A stretch of 62,174 nt of DNA from a virus (Duplodnaviria; Caudoviricetes), in IMG/VR virus record IMGVR_UViG_3300026512_000013, positions 1 through 62,174 of that record. One strand, written 5' to 3'. Within the stretch, counting starts at the first letter, position 1. Every line of letters begins with the position of its first letter. The notes below the pieces were generated by a model. It searched no databases. It saw nothing but the letters and a program-made list of their open reading frames with translations, and had not been told where the DNA came from. The translations under genes and the position numbers were made by a program. Below are positions 8,473 through 18,244 of the stretch, piece after piece.

Positions 8473-8528
8473 TTTATACCACCTTTAATTTTAATTTAAT
8501 AATCAACTATTGATTATTATTTATTTAT

Positions 8529-8580
8529 CTTATGTATTTCCTTGACTTAATTATACTACAAGTAATATATTAAGTCAAGA
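8529..8580 (-). promoter_or_regulatory. palindromic early promoter (near-identical to 4959-5011)
   Basis: cttatgtatttccttgacttaattatactacaagtaatat.ttaagtcaag shared. Confidence 0.8.
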
Positions 8581-8595
8581 AATTTTTACTTTATT

Positions 8596-9015
8596 TTATA
8601 AATATTTTATGTTATTTTCATATCTTAATTTTTCAACTGGTTCATACATAAAGCTTAATAATCTACAATATAACCATCCATGATTGATATATAAATTAGT
8701 TTTAAATATTTCTGTATAATCACCTTTAAAATAACATTTAAACAATAATTCAATATCTTTTCTATTTATAATATTTGTGTGTTTTATAAATCTATTATCA
8801 ACTACAATTTTTTTATACATTTTATTTATAGCTTTTCTATCTATAATAGAATTAATAAATTGTTTATCATTTAATTTTTTAAATTTTATTATTTCTAAAT
8901 CTGAAAAATATAATGGATAATCACCTTTTATTTTAATTTTGAATTGTTCAAATTTCATATCGGTAAAATAATTTTTTACTTCTTTACTAATAGTAATTTT
9001 AACTTCATATAACAT
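8596..9015 (-). CDS. hypothetical protein
   Basis: 139 aa, RBS AAGGATGGT. Confidence 0.8.
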   Translation of the reverse strand: MLYEVKITISKEVKNYFTDMKFEQFKIKIKGDYPLYFSDLEIIKFKKLNDKQFINSIIDRKAINKMYKKIVVDNRFIKHTNIINRKDIELLFKCYFKGDYTEIFKTNLYINHGWLYCRLLSFMYEPVEKLRYENNIKYL

Positions 9016-9040
9016 ATTAACACCATCCTTTTAATTTAAT

Positions 9041-9358
9041 TTATTTTGAATAATTATTTAATAAATTTTCAACTCTAATTATATTCGCTTGAATATTTGT
9101 TAATATAAAATCATATTCAAATTTATTCACTTTTGCAATTTCTCTTTCATACCCTTTTACGGTTTTAGTATCATTTGCTTTTGTTAATATTGTAAATAAA
9201 TTTTTAACACCTTTTGAAAAATAAATACTTATATCATTTCTTTCTTCTTCATTAATTATTTTTTTTTCTAATAACTCAGACAATTTCATTTCTAAATTAG
9301 ATACTTTTTCACTTTTTAAAATTGTTAATGTTTTTTCTACCATTTGATTTTTAGTCAT
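9041..9358 (-). CDS. hypothetical protein, first gene of early cluster
   Basis: 105 aa, promoter TTGACT-17-TATACT at ~9407-9435. Confidence 0.8.
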   Translation of the reverse strand: MTKNQMVEKTLTILKSEKVSNLEMKLSELLEKKIINEEERNDISIYFSKGVKNLFTILTKANDTKTVKGYEREIAKVNKFEYDFILTNIQANIIRVENLLNNYSK

Positions 9359-9473
9359 TTTAATTACTTCCTTTCAATAGTTTATGTATTCCCTTTGATT
9401 AATTACAGTATATCACATTGATATTATAAGTCAAGTTTTTTAATATTTATTTTTAGTTTATTCTCATTAATTT

Positions 9474-9546
9474 TTTCTCTTCCTTTATATAAGATAATTA
9501 TAACGCTATTTTTACATTAATTATATACTATATAAGGAAGAGAAAA
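9474..9546. repeat. inverted repeat with TCTTCCTTATATAGTA motif shared with 2407-2422
   Basis: ttttctcttcctt...aaggaagagaaaa; 9526-9541 is the exact reverse complement of 2407-2422. Confidence 0.7.
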
Positions 9547-9597
9547 ATTATTTTGATTTCATTACCAACTATCAACTGAAAATAATTAAAATAATGT

Positions 9598-9626
9598 TTG
9601 CAATTTAATTAAACTTATGATATACT
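9598..9626 (+). promoter_or_regulatory. plus-strand sigma-A promoter into non-coding DNA
   Basis: TTGCAA-17bp-TATACT with extended -10 TG. Confidence 0.55.
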
Positions 9627-9811
9627 GTATTTAAGTTAAAGAAGTAAAGAAAAGAAATAGAGAAGTAAAGAAATTAAAATTAAAATTAAAATTAAAATTA
9701 AATAAAAAAATAAGTTAAAAAATGATACTAATATAATTTAGTTGGAAAAATTCCACCTCGATAACCACTATCAACGCAAACAATATGGGGAGTATATTTT
9801 TTTGGACTTAT

Positions 9812-9889
9812 CGAACATAGTTTATTAATTTTAAAAAAGAGAACAATTGTTCGGAAAACTTCTGTTCTATATTATCGAACACTTGTTTT
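9812..9889. promoter_or_regulatory. cluster of LexA-box-like sites
   Basis: AGAACAATTGTTCG at 9840; weaker copies at 9812, 9855, 9876. Confidence 0.6.
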
Positions 9890-10017
9890 GTATTATAAAA
9901 ATTACGAATGTAAAATTAAGATTACAAATGAGAAAAAAGTTACTGAAACGAATTTTCAAATGTCCCGCTGAGCTATGACAATCTGGCGACACTGTCTTGC
10001 CGACATAGATTTACATT

Positions 10018-10052
10018 AAACTATTATAATTAAATTATAATAGTTTTTTTAT
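10018..10052 (+). terminator. plus-strand intrinsic terminator
   Basis: aaactattataat/attataatagttt followed by a T-run on +. Confidence 0.55.
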
Positions 10053-10084
10053 TGTCTACAATTAATAACATATAGTATTTTATA

Positions 10085-10115
10085 ATAAAAAAAAGAGTGA
10101 TTATTAATCACTCTT
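10085..10115 (-). terminator. intrinsic terminator
   Basis: aagagtgatt/aatcactctt plus T-run on minus. Confidence 0.75.
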
Positions 10116-10144
10116 AATTTATTTACTTTATTATATTTTATTAT

Positions 10145-10528
10145 TTATCTACTTATTGTAAAGCTATCTTTTAATGTTAAATCATCATAATATATATTTA
10201 CTAATATTTTTGTTGAAGTTAAATTAATAACTGATACATCTCCATTAATATAACAGAAATACTCGTCTGTTTTCTTTCCATTCATAAATCCTGTAACCTT
10301 ATAACCATAGTTCTCAATTTTATTTTCAATAGTCCTATTTAAACTTATAGTTTGTGTTGATGTCGATGTATTAGATGATACATTATTTCTATTGTCATTA
10401 TCGCTACTTAGATGTGCTATTAATAGTGAGAATAATAATAATATTATCACTATAGCAAGAGTTATACTCCCATCACTTTCTATTCTTTTATTATTATTAT
10501 TGTTAATAGTATTAATATTATTTTCCAT
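10145..10528 (-). CDS. membrane-anchored hypothetical protein
   Basis: one TM helix followed by S/T/N-rich linker. Confidence 0.8.
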   Translation of the reverse strand: MENNINTINNNNNKRIESDGSITLAIVIILLLFSLLIAHLSSDNDNRNNVSSNTSTSTQTISLNRTIENKIENYGYKVTGFMNGKKTDEYFCYINGDVSVINLTSTKILVNIYYDDLTLKDSFTISR

Positions 10529-10563
10529 ATATTCATCTCCTTATTTATTCTTATAATTTAATA

Positions 10564-10869
10564 TTACTCTTTATCCTCATCTGGAAATCTAACTTCAGTA
10601 AATGGTATATCCAATGCCTCATTGTTCTCATCAATCAATCTTAATTCTTCCATTTTATTATCAATAAATTCTTTAGCTAATTCCATAGTTTTAAATTTCC
10701 CTAATATCATAGTTTTGTTAGTGCCACCAAATATTTGACCCATAAAATTAATTCCATTATTTATCAATACCTTGAAACATTTGTTATTTTTACGCTCAAT
10801 CCAAATATTTACACCATACCCCCGCTTAATATATTGTTCATAGTCATTGTTGATTTTTGTATTATTCAT
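10564..10869 (-). CDS. hypothetical protein
   Basis: 101 aa, RBS AAGGAG. Confidence 0.75.
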   Translation of the reverse strand: MNNTKINNDYEQYIKRGYGVNIWIERKNNKCFKVLINNGINFMGQIFGGTNKTMILGKFKTMELAKEFIDNKMEELRLIDENNEALDIPFTEVRFPDEDKE

Positions 10870-10883
10870 ATTATTCTCCTTTT

Positions 10884-11249
10884 CTATTTAACCATTTCTA
10901 ATAGTTTCTGTATTGTCCAAAATTGAGGACTTATTAAATATGGGATTATTTCAACTAAGCTAAGTATGATAGATATTACTATTGGATAAAACCAAGTTTT
11001 CTTTATTAATTGTTTAAATTCTCCTTCTTCTCCGTTGTATTCATAATGAAATATATAAGTTCCCATCATTGTAAATACATAAAGTAAATAAAACAGAAAT
11101 ATGCTAAATGGGATTTCTGTTAATAATTCTTTTGCTATTAAATATCTTCCTATCTCAGGTAAACTTTCCATGAAATTTGCTTTTAAAAATTCAATCCCTA
11201 TTCCTAATTGACTACTAATTTGCAACAATAATTCGTTTAAACCTTCCAT
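10884..11249 (-). CDS. membrane protein
   Basis: two hydrophobic segments. Confidence 0.8.
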   Translation of the reverse strand: MEGLNELLLQISSQLGIGIEFLKANFMESLPEIGRYLIAKELLTEIPFSIFLFYLLYVFTMMGTYIFHYEYNGEEGEFKQLIKKTWFYPIVISIILSLVEIIPYLISPQFWTIQKLLEMVK

Positions 11250-12004
11250 TATTCCATCTCCTTTAAATTTTTAATTTCTCCTAATTTTGCTAACACTATT
11301 GTAACATAAGGTGCATCATAAGTCAAATGTTTATTATAATAATTTTTACTTCCATTATTCCCCATATTATATCTCAGTAGACTCTCTTTAATATTATTAG
11401 TTTGAATTGTGCTAAAATAATATACTCCTGCCATTACATTATCATAATAATCTAAATAGTCTAACTCTCTCCCAAAATGTTTATTAAGTGTTGAATGATT
11501 ACATGAATTTACCTGAAATAAACCTTTGTCTACAGTCCCATTGCTATTATGATTAATAGCTTTAGGATTATAATTACTTTCTAACTCTATTAAAGCTAAC
11601 ATGAGTTTATAGTCTACATTATATATATCACATTGTAAATACAAATACTGTTGTTGTTCCATATTAAGTGGTATATTAGGCATATAGAACGTTTTTAATA
11701 GTTCAGAGTGTAAATTGTCAATAGACTCTTTAAGTACGCTAATTTCATTGTCTAAGATAGCTGTGAGTGTATCTACATCATCTTGAGCTATTGACAATTC
11801 ATCTTCATAATAATTTTCTATAATCTTTTGATTATTATATAGTAATGTAATCTCTTTGTGTAAGTCTATTGTTTTTCTAATTTGTGTTCCTATAAATAAT
11901 ATACTTACTAATAATAATAGAGATAATATAAATATAACTCCATTTTTAGTATTAACTTTGTTTCTTTCTGTATAATATAGTCTCTCGAATAATGTTGATT
12001 TCAT
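11249..12004 (-). CDS. membrane-anchored lytic transglycosylase (SLT family) with coiled coil
   Basis: ESNYNPKA, GLFQVN, YNMG motifs; N-terminal TM. Confidence 0.85.
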   Translation of the reverse strand: MKSTLFERLYYTERNKVNTKNGVIFILSLLLLVSILFIGTQIRKTIDLHKEITLLYNNQKIIENYYEDELSIAQDDVDTLTAILDNEISVLKESIDNLHSELLKTFYMPNIPLNMEQQQYLYLQCDIYNVDYKLMLALIELESNYNPKAINHNSNGTVDKGLFQVNSCNHSTLNKHFGRELDYLDYYDNVMAGVYYFSTIQTNNIKESLLRYNMGNNGSKNYYNKHLTYDAPYVTIVLAKLGEIKNLKEME

Positions 12005-12022
12005 TTTATATTCTCCTTTGTA

Positions 12023-12232
12023 TTAATCATCTAATGATATTAATATTCTATAATTTCCTGTTTTGCTATTTTCACGTCTTTTAATATAAGCTGGTCTCTT
12101 ATAAAATCTAATAGTACTCTCAGCCACTTTTAATTGATTGGCTATCTCTTTAATAGTGCCCATACTTAATACCTCTTCACCTTTATATAAGGCATATTCT
12201 CGTGTCTCATGAATAGTTTTTCTCTTAGTCAT
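12023..12232 (-). CDS. small phage HTH DNA-binding protein
   Basis: YALYKGEE...GTIKEIA.QL.V..STIRFY. Confidence 0.75.
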   Translation of the reverse strand: MTKRKTIHETREYALYKGEEVLSMGTIKEIANQLKVAESTIRFYKRPAYIKRRENSKTGNYRILISLDD

Positions 12233-12322
12233 ATTATCTCTCCTCTCTTTAACTTAAATTTATTATATCATAGCGTGACAAACTTGTCAAATATTTATTA
12301 TTAAATATTATAATAGTTTATA

Positions 12323-12356
12323 ATAAAAAAGAGAGTAATAATTTCTTACTCTCTTT
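12323..12356 (-). terminator. intrinsic terminator
   Basis: aaagagagtaa/ttactctcttt. Confidence 0.7.
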
Positions 12357-12406
12357 AAACTTTCAATATTATTTAAGACTATTTTGTAGTTGAGCCTATA
12401 CCCCCA

Positions 12407-13575
12407 TCAATCTGTAATTTCAACTTCATAATTATACATAGCTCTATATAATTTTTCTGGAATATCTTTTTTATAATAGTCTGCTACTTTTTTAATATAT
12501 TTTTCTTTATATTCTTTATAAGCATTAAAAGCTAATTTAGGAGTTGAATAATATCCTATAAATCTATGCCCCAATATATCAGTAGGTAAAGATAGAGTGT
12601 TATACTGAGTGACAAAAGATTTTTTTTCTTTATCATAAGTTACTCCTATTGGGAATTTACCTCTTGCATCTTTTCGTGTTACAAATAAATTATTTATGTT
12701 ACTAGGAACAATTATACAAGTTTCAGGGGAGTATAATTTATTTCCTTTTACTAAAATGTCTTTATCTAATGACATTTTTTTGCCTTCTATTTGATAATAA
12801 TTTTCATCATACCAATCTCCAAATACTTGAAAATTATGCCACTCTTCACAAACTGTGGTATTTTTATATGAAGGATTTTTTTCTTTAAATAATTGGTTAT
12901 ACCCTCTTTCTATCATTCCACTCCAAGTTCCATAACACTTTAAAATTTTCCCTCCTTTTCTTGATACATGCTTCCCTTGCCCTAAATACCCTACTCCATG
13001 AACAGAACGTTGATAAGGATTTTTAACTTGTTTTGATATAAAACTTGAATAAGATGTTTCAACAACACCTTTATGTTCATCTTGGAATTCTATAATAATT
13101 CTCGTTGAATTTATACATTTAATTATTTTCATAGGAACACCTTTATTAGAAATTACGATTTTACCAATTTTTGATTCAATTGATGATTTTATCGCTATTT
13201 TTCTTGTTGAAGGTTTATGTGGACTTTCTACATTTCCTTTTTTAAAGTTTTCATATGTTACTCTAACCATAGTGTTATAACCATCATAAATTTTTACTAA
13301 AATATTATGACAATTTTCATATTTAATAATTTCAATTTTACAACCTTGTTTTGACATTCCTGTTTTGCCAACTCTAATAGCAGAAGTAGGGTTGGCAACG
13401 CTTCCACTTTTAAATCGGTCATAACGTGTTTTAACTATAAATTTATTTTTATCTTGAAATTCTACTATTACTTTATTAGCTCCATATACTCGACAATTTT
13501 CATTATATCGCCTTGATTATTAGTCTCTACTTCTCCAGTTCTTTCTTCTTTCTTTTCCTTTAAATCAGCTCTCAT
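12407..13575 (-). pseudogene. HNH-type homing endonuclease, frameshifted near the 5' end
   Basis: RBS+ATG at 13575 (MRADLKEKK...MKIVEY); frame break at ~13485; resumes GANKVIVEFQD and joins ORF 12407..13357 (W..M..R, CEEWHNFQ.F, LDKD, YSPETC). Confidence 0.7.
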
Positions 13576-13605
13576 ATATACTCCTTGCCTATATTATTTT
13601 ATTTA

Positions 13606-14076
13606 TTATTCACTTGTAGACCCAAATCCACCATTCCTATCTTCTTTTTCAATTTCGCCATCGTTATCACTAATTAAATATTTAGAAAATATCCCCTGTG
13701 CGATACACTCACCTTTTTTAATATGGATGGTTTTATTAGATGTATTCAGTAAACCTAATCCTATGTTAGCTTCATAATCGAAATCTATCACTCCAGTCCC
13801 ATTTTGTAATACCAACCCTTTCTTAATCGCCAATGAACTTCTAATATATATTTTTAATACTTCATCATCAAGCATATAAGTCTTAACGTCAGTAAATAAT
13901 AATATTTTACCTTGAGGTGGAATAGTAATTGCCACAGGAGTAGAGAAATCATATCCTGCTGAATATTTAGTTTTTCTAACAGGAAGTATAATTTTTTCCT
14001 CTGGATACTTTCTGTGTTTTTTACCTACTACTTTAAATCCTCTTTGTTTAACTTCTTTAGTCTTTGCTTTAGCCAT
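13606..14076 (-). CDS. dut: dUTPase (trimeric)
   Basis: SAGYD, RSS, GVID.DY, IAQG, RNGGFGST motifs. Confidence 0.95.
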   Translation of the reverse strand: MAKAKTKEVKQRGFKVVGKKHRKYPEEKIILPVRKTKYSAGYDFSTPVAITIPPQGKILLFTDVKTYMLDDEVLKIYIRSSLAIKKGLVLQNGTGVIDFDYEANIGLGLLNTSNKTIHIKKGECIAQGIFSKYLISDNDGEIEKEDRNGGFGSTSE

Positions 14077-14128
14077 AATTTAATTCTCCATTCTTATTAT
14101 ATTATATAATGATACTATATCATTATTA

Positions 14129-14389
14129 TTATACTAATTCATATACACTAATATATCCCATTATCATTTTAGCTTTTAATATAGTTGATGTTATTGGTTT
14201 TCCATATGACTCTTCAGGATATTTTTTTATAAGGAAATATTTATTATATTCTTTAGTCACTTTTGCTAAATAAAAGTGGACTGTTTCTCTATTGTCTATA
14301 ACAGTTTTTTCTTTAAATCTATATACCTTATTTAATTCAATTTTATTATGTTTAACACTATTCCCTATTTTATATTTTGTTTTTTTCAT
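14129..14389 (-). CDS. hypothetical protein
   Basis: 86-aa ORF overlapping upstream gene. Confidence 0.65.
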   Translation of the reverse strand: MKKTKYKIGNSVKHNKIELNKVYRFKEKTVIDNRETVHFYLAKVTKEYNKYFLIKKYPEESYGKPITSTILKAKMIMGYISVYELV

Positions 14390-14987
14390 TATTCGCCCTC
14401 TCTAACATATCCTGTTTTAAATGATAAGCTTTCATTATTTTAAAAGTTTCTTCATGAATATCTACAGTTTGAGTATTTATTTCAATATCAAAAGAATATC
14501 CTTGGCTTAAATTATCATTATCTTCTCTTAGCATTTCTATTGACTTAATTAATTTAACATACTTATTATCAGTAATAACATCTACAGATACATTATTATC
14601 ATTTCTTTCTAACATTCTATAAATTTGCTCATTGAAATCACATGTTAATTTAACTATGAAATAATTATTTCTATTACTCTTACTTAATATTTGTTGAAGT
14701 CCTTTTCTCTCAACTACTAATACATTATTTTCCTCATTTAATAAATCTTTTTTAAGTATTCCATACCAAGAGCCATAATTATTAACACTCTCAATAAATT
14801 CCTCATTTATAGTTCTTTCTACAAATTCTACTTCATTTATAAAATGATAATCTACTCCATCTACTTCATCTAATCTTGGATTTCTTGTTGTATATGATAC
14901 TATTTTCTTAAAGCCATATATTCTTTTTAACTCATTTTCTAATACAGATTTTCCTGTGCATTTATTTCCTATTATTAATATATTCAT
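14370..14987 (-). CDS. gmk: guanylate kinase-like NMP kinase
   Basis: P-loop GNKCTGKS, SYTTR.PR..E.DGVDYHF, YG.WYG. Confidence 0.85.
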   Translation of the reverse strand: MNILIIGNKCTGKSVLENELKRIYGFKKIVSYTTRNPRLDEVDGVDYHFINEVEFVERTINEEFIESVNNYGSWYGILKKDLLNEENNVLVVERKGLQQILSKSNRNNYFIVKLTCDFNEQIYRMLERNDNNVSVDVITDNKYVKLIKSIEMLREDNDNLSQGYSFDIEINTQTVDIHEETFKIMKAYHLKQDMLERANNEKNKI

Positions 14988-15205
14988 CTAATAATTCCTC
15001 TCTTAATATTATTATTAATTTCTTTAAGTGTTTCTCCAATATCTATTAAATAACTAACTACATTTATAAGTAATATTCCTATGACAAAATTATCTACTTC
15101 TTTATTAATTAGTACTGAAGGTATTACAATGAGCAATGTTAATATTACTCTAATATCTAATAATCTATTCCATTTCATCTCCACTTTCATATTATCCCTC
15201 CTCAA
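14984..15205 (-). CDS. small membrane protein
   Basis: two TM segments. Confidence 0.7.
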   Translation of the reverse strand: MRRDNMKVEMKWNRLLDIRVILTLLIVIPSVLINKEVDNFVIGILLINVVSYLIDIGETLKEINNNIKRGIIR

Positions 15206-15512
15206 CTTCTATATATAATTTATCCACTTCCATGTCAAGATTAGGATGAATAACTTTTCCATCTGGCTTAATTGGAAATTCTATAATATCTAATTCTATA
15301 ATATTAACATTGCCATTAACTCTTAAATTATATATTCCAAATTTATTTTCAATATTTAATTCCTCTCTTAATCTATTAGCAACATAAACAACAAGTTCAT
15401 CATCTTCAATACCATGTGTAGACTTATAGACTAACTGTCCTAATAATACAGCCATGCTTAAACTTCTTATTGTTATAGTTTCTCTATTAATTTCATAAAC
15501 TCTTTTTAACAT
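15192..15512 (-). CDS. hypothetical protein
   Basis: 106 aa, RBS GGAGG. Confidence 0.75.
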   Translation of the reverse strand: MLKRVYEINRETITIRSLSMAVLLGQLVYKSTHGIEDDELVVYVANRLREELNIENKFGIYNLRVNGNVNIIELDIIEFPIKPDGKVIHPNLDMEVDKLYIEVEEG

Positions 15513-15513
15513 A

Positions 15514-16131
15514 TTATCCCTCCTCAGTTATTTTACTTTTAGTTAAAATCTCATTAAATTCTTCTCTATTAACTAAATAAGATATAAATTCTCTCCACTC
15601 TGGTAATTTATGATTATGTCTTTGTATAGCCATTGTTTTAATTTGCTCAAGATTTAATGTAATTCCCGCTTTAAGTTTTAGCCCAGATGGATGAGAGTAT
15701 ATTAAATTTAAATAATTCTCTTTAGTAGGATTATTATTATATATCTTTTGTAATTCTTTAAGTCTATTAATAATTTCTTTGTCTACATAATTGATAAACA
15801 TTCCATCACTATCTAAATTAAACTTAGCTAATTTATGCATAGTACTTTGAGATGAAATAATTTCTTGGTGATGATAACGTTGAAATTGAACCCAGAATTT
15901 AGTTGTTGCGGTTAATTCCATATATACTAATACACCTTTAGCTACACAACTATGCCCTGAGCCTATAGGACTATTTATTAAACTTTTGTAAGTATTAGTT
16001 ACATCAGTATTAGGCTCACCCTCTTTAGTCCACATTGGTAATTTTGAAGCTCTAATGCTATCTTCTAAAAATGCTACTTTAAAATTGTTAATTGAAATAT
16101 AATTTAACTCACTTTCTTTAGTTATTTTCAT
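15514..16131 (-). CDS. ThyX-like (flavin-dependent thymidylate synthase fold) protein, divergent
   Basis: GHS, QFQRYHH...SQSTMH, QRHNHKLPEW motifs; located among nucleotide genes. Confidence 0.6.
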   Translation of the reverse strand: MKITKESELNYISINNFKVAFLEDSIRASKLPMWTKEGEPNTDVTNTYKSLINSPIGSGHSCVAKGVLVYMELTATTKFWVQFQRYHHQEIISSQSTMHKLAKFNLDSDGMFINYVDKEIINRLKELQKIYNNNPTKENYLNLIYSHPSGLKLKAGITLNLEQIKTMAIQRHNHKLPEWREFISYLVNREEFNEILTKSKITEEG

Positions 16132-16153
16132 TTTATCTTCTCCTTTTAATAGT

Positions 16154-16366
16154 TTAATATAAATCTTCAGACAATCTATTTAAATCGTCTAATATCTCTT
16201 CTTTTGTATAATTATCATCATTCTCAATTTCTTCAATAATATTATTAACAACGCTTTCAATCTCATCTAATATTCTATCTACAGTTTCAGCATCATATAC
16301 TTCAGTTGCTCCATTATTAATTTTATCCCTATACATTCCCATTAATTTCACTCTCCTTAAATTCAA
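16154..16366 (-). CDS. acidic hypothetical protein (start probably ATG ~16342)
   Basis: RBS AAGGAGAGTG. Confidence 0.7.
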   Translation of the reverse strand: MNLRRVKLMGMYRDKINNGATEVYDAETVDRILDEIESVVNNIIEEIENDDNYTKEEILDDLNRLSEDLY

Positions 16367-16475
16367 TATGGCTCAATATAACGCTTATACAGAGCTTTTA
16401 ATACTTACAGGTCTAATAACACTCTGACACCCTAAAACACTCTAAAAACAGCTTGTAGGACGTCATAGCACTATA
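16366..16475. repeat. ~110-bp periodic quasi-palindrome
   Basis: contains ATACAGAGCTTTTAAT (also at 47380 and 61085) and TAGGACGTCATAG (reverse complement at ~32217). Confidence 0.75.
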
Positions 16476-16614
16476 TACTTGTTATTCTAACTCTCAATAT
16501 TGTGTTGTCTTGTTGATATATCTTATTATACACTAATTAATATATACTGTCAAGAAAATAGTTATTATTAATGTTGATAAATTAATGTTGATAAAAATAA
16601 AGGTACACTTAGTA

Positions 16615-16713
16615 TTAATTCCAATACTGAGTATACCAATTTACATTACGTATGATATCATCTATATTATTATCACTATTATTAAATAATATATCAATAA
16701 AAAATGGGAACAT
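16615..16713 (-). CDS. 32-aa peptide (MFPFFIDILFNNSDNNIDDIIRNVNWYTQYWN), not in ORF track
   Basis: own promoter TTGACA-17-TACACT at ~16757-16786, RBS GAGGTG, downstream stem-loop. Confidence 0.5.
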   Translation of the reverse strand: MFPFFIDILFNNSDNNIDDIIRNVNWYTQYWN

Positions 16714-16811
16714 ATTATCACCTCTCTTAATATTATTATGTTATTTTAACACTAAGAGAGTGTATCATATAATAATAATTTTGTCAAGTTTATCACAGGA
16801 TAATATAATAG

Positions 16812-17213
16812 TTATTCTATGAGGTTAGTTAAATTATTAATAATATCCAATAATTTATCAATTTTATCTTTATAATACTTAATGTCATTATCCTTATTAT
16901 CTTTAGTGATAAATTCTACTTTAGGTGATGATACTTCTGGCATAGGAATAATAGTTTGAGTCTTTGGTAATGTAAACTTTGGAATAACTGGAGACCATAC
17001 ACACTCATCGAATACAGTATAGCAAACAGAACCATTTGAAGTTCCCCAAATAATCTTTAAACTACTATTTCCCTCATTTCTTTTATGTGTTAACGATACC
17101 GTATCATTAACAGCATCCCCATATACTCTATTATCTTCAATACAAATTAATTCTTCACCTTGATTATCAATTAACCAATTTACACATTGCTTAATACCTT
17201 GTAATTTTTTCAT
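16812..17213 (-). CDS. hypothetical protein
   Basis: 133 aa, RBS GGAGG. Confidence 0.75.
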   Translation of the reverse strand: MKKLQGIKQCVNWLIDNQGEELICIEDNRVYGDAVNDTVSLTHKRNEGNSSLKIIWGTSNGSVCYTVFDECVWSPVIPKFTLPKTQTIIPMPEVSSPKVEFITKDNKDNDIKYYKDKIDKLLDIINNLTNLIE

Positions 17214-17215
17214 TA

Positions 17216-17431
17216 TTATTTATCCTCCTTATTGGCTTCAATTTCAACTATTTCAAATACGCCTTGTCTAAAAGGATGCTCAGTAAAACCACATTTTTCA
17301 CAAATAGCTTTTCCACTTTCCCATTCAATTAATTCAGATTCTCCATTTGTATTTACTACACAATCACCATCAATCTTACAATGAATATAATCTGTTAAAT
17401 TTCCGCATGATGGACATTTCCATTTTTTCAT
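17216..17431 (-). CDS. zinc-ribbon protein
   Basis: CPSCG...CEKCG. Confidence 0.75.
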   Translation of the reverse strand: MKKWKCPSCGNLTDYIHCKIDGDCVVNTNGESELIEWESGKAICEKCGFTEHPFRQGVFEIVEIEANKEDK

Positions 17432-17432
17432 A

Positions 17433-17822
17433 TTAATTATCCTCCTCTAAATTTCTATTAGCATCTTCAATTATTTCATTTAATATTACAAATTCATCTA
17501 CATATAATCCTACTACAATAAATTCTTTATTAACCACTGTCTCATTATATTCACTAATATCAATGTCAACCTCTAAGTCAAGTTCATCATATTGTAATTC
17601 AGTAATACGTTTAATTGTTATTCCTGACTGTGGTGAATTATTAACCAATTTAAAATTAATAGTATCATTAATTAATAGTTTCATATTATCATAAATATTA
17701 TAATCTAATTTAGTAAGTTTACTATTATTATAAAATTCACTAAAGTTCATAATTATATTCTTGTATGGATTTATAATTATAAAACCATTTTTATTATTTT
17801 TAATTAACACCCATTTATTCAT
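17433..17822 (-). CDS. hypothetical protein
   Basis: 129 aa, RBS GGAGG. Confidence 0.75.
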   Translation of the reverse strand: MNKWVLIKNNKNGFIIINPYKNIIMNFSEFYNNSKLTKLDYNIYDNMKLLINDTINFKLVNNSPQSGITIKRITELQYDELDLEVDIDISEYNETVVNKEFIVVGLYVDEFVILNEIIEDANRNLEEDN

Positions 17823-17888
17823 TGTTGTTACTCCTCCTCTATATTTAATATATCTGATATTAATGTAGGCTCAGGGTTACCCATTTTA

Positions 17889-18239
17889 TTATTCTTTTGG
17901 CATTGTGTAAATAGCGTTTTCTTTAGAAAGTTTTACTAATCTGTCTAACAATTCATATGCGGGTGGTGAAAATTCTATACTCATATGTGACATTATTACT
18001 TTATCAGCATAGAGTTCACAAATAAAATTTTCTATTTCTTTCATAACTTCTATTGCTCGTTCTACTGTTTTGTAATTACCTAATACATAATGTGCTTCAT
18101 TACTTTCCAATTCTTCTGAATTTACTAAAATAATTGGTGATGTTGGTATACCTATGATTTCAGTTTGCGTTTGATAATTTAAATTTATACTCCCATAATT
18201 TCTAATGCTTTTTCCATCTTGACTTTTAATTATAATCAT
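17889..18239 (-). CDS. conserved phage hypothetical protein
   Basis: IKSQD...LG.Y.T.ERA.EV..EI...Y.MP.E pattern common in Firmicute phages. Confidence 0.75.
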   Translation of the reverse strand: MIIIKSQDGKSIRNYGSINLNYQTQTEIIGIPTSPIILVNSEELESNEAHYVLGNYKTVERAIEVMKEIENFICELYADKVIMSHMSIEFSPPAYELLDRLVKLSKENAIYTMPKE

Positions 18240-18244
18240 TTTAA

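Noticed and set aside
9661-9705. (AAATTA)n microsatellite, also AAT-type runs at ~6870-6895 and ~7095-7120 and (TTAATT/GTAATT)n at ~60875-60905
   Set aside because: Simple slippage repeats expected in very AT-rich DNA; no function supportable
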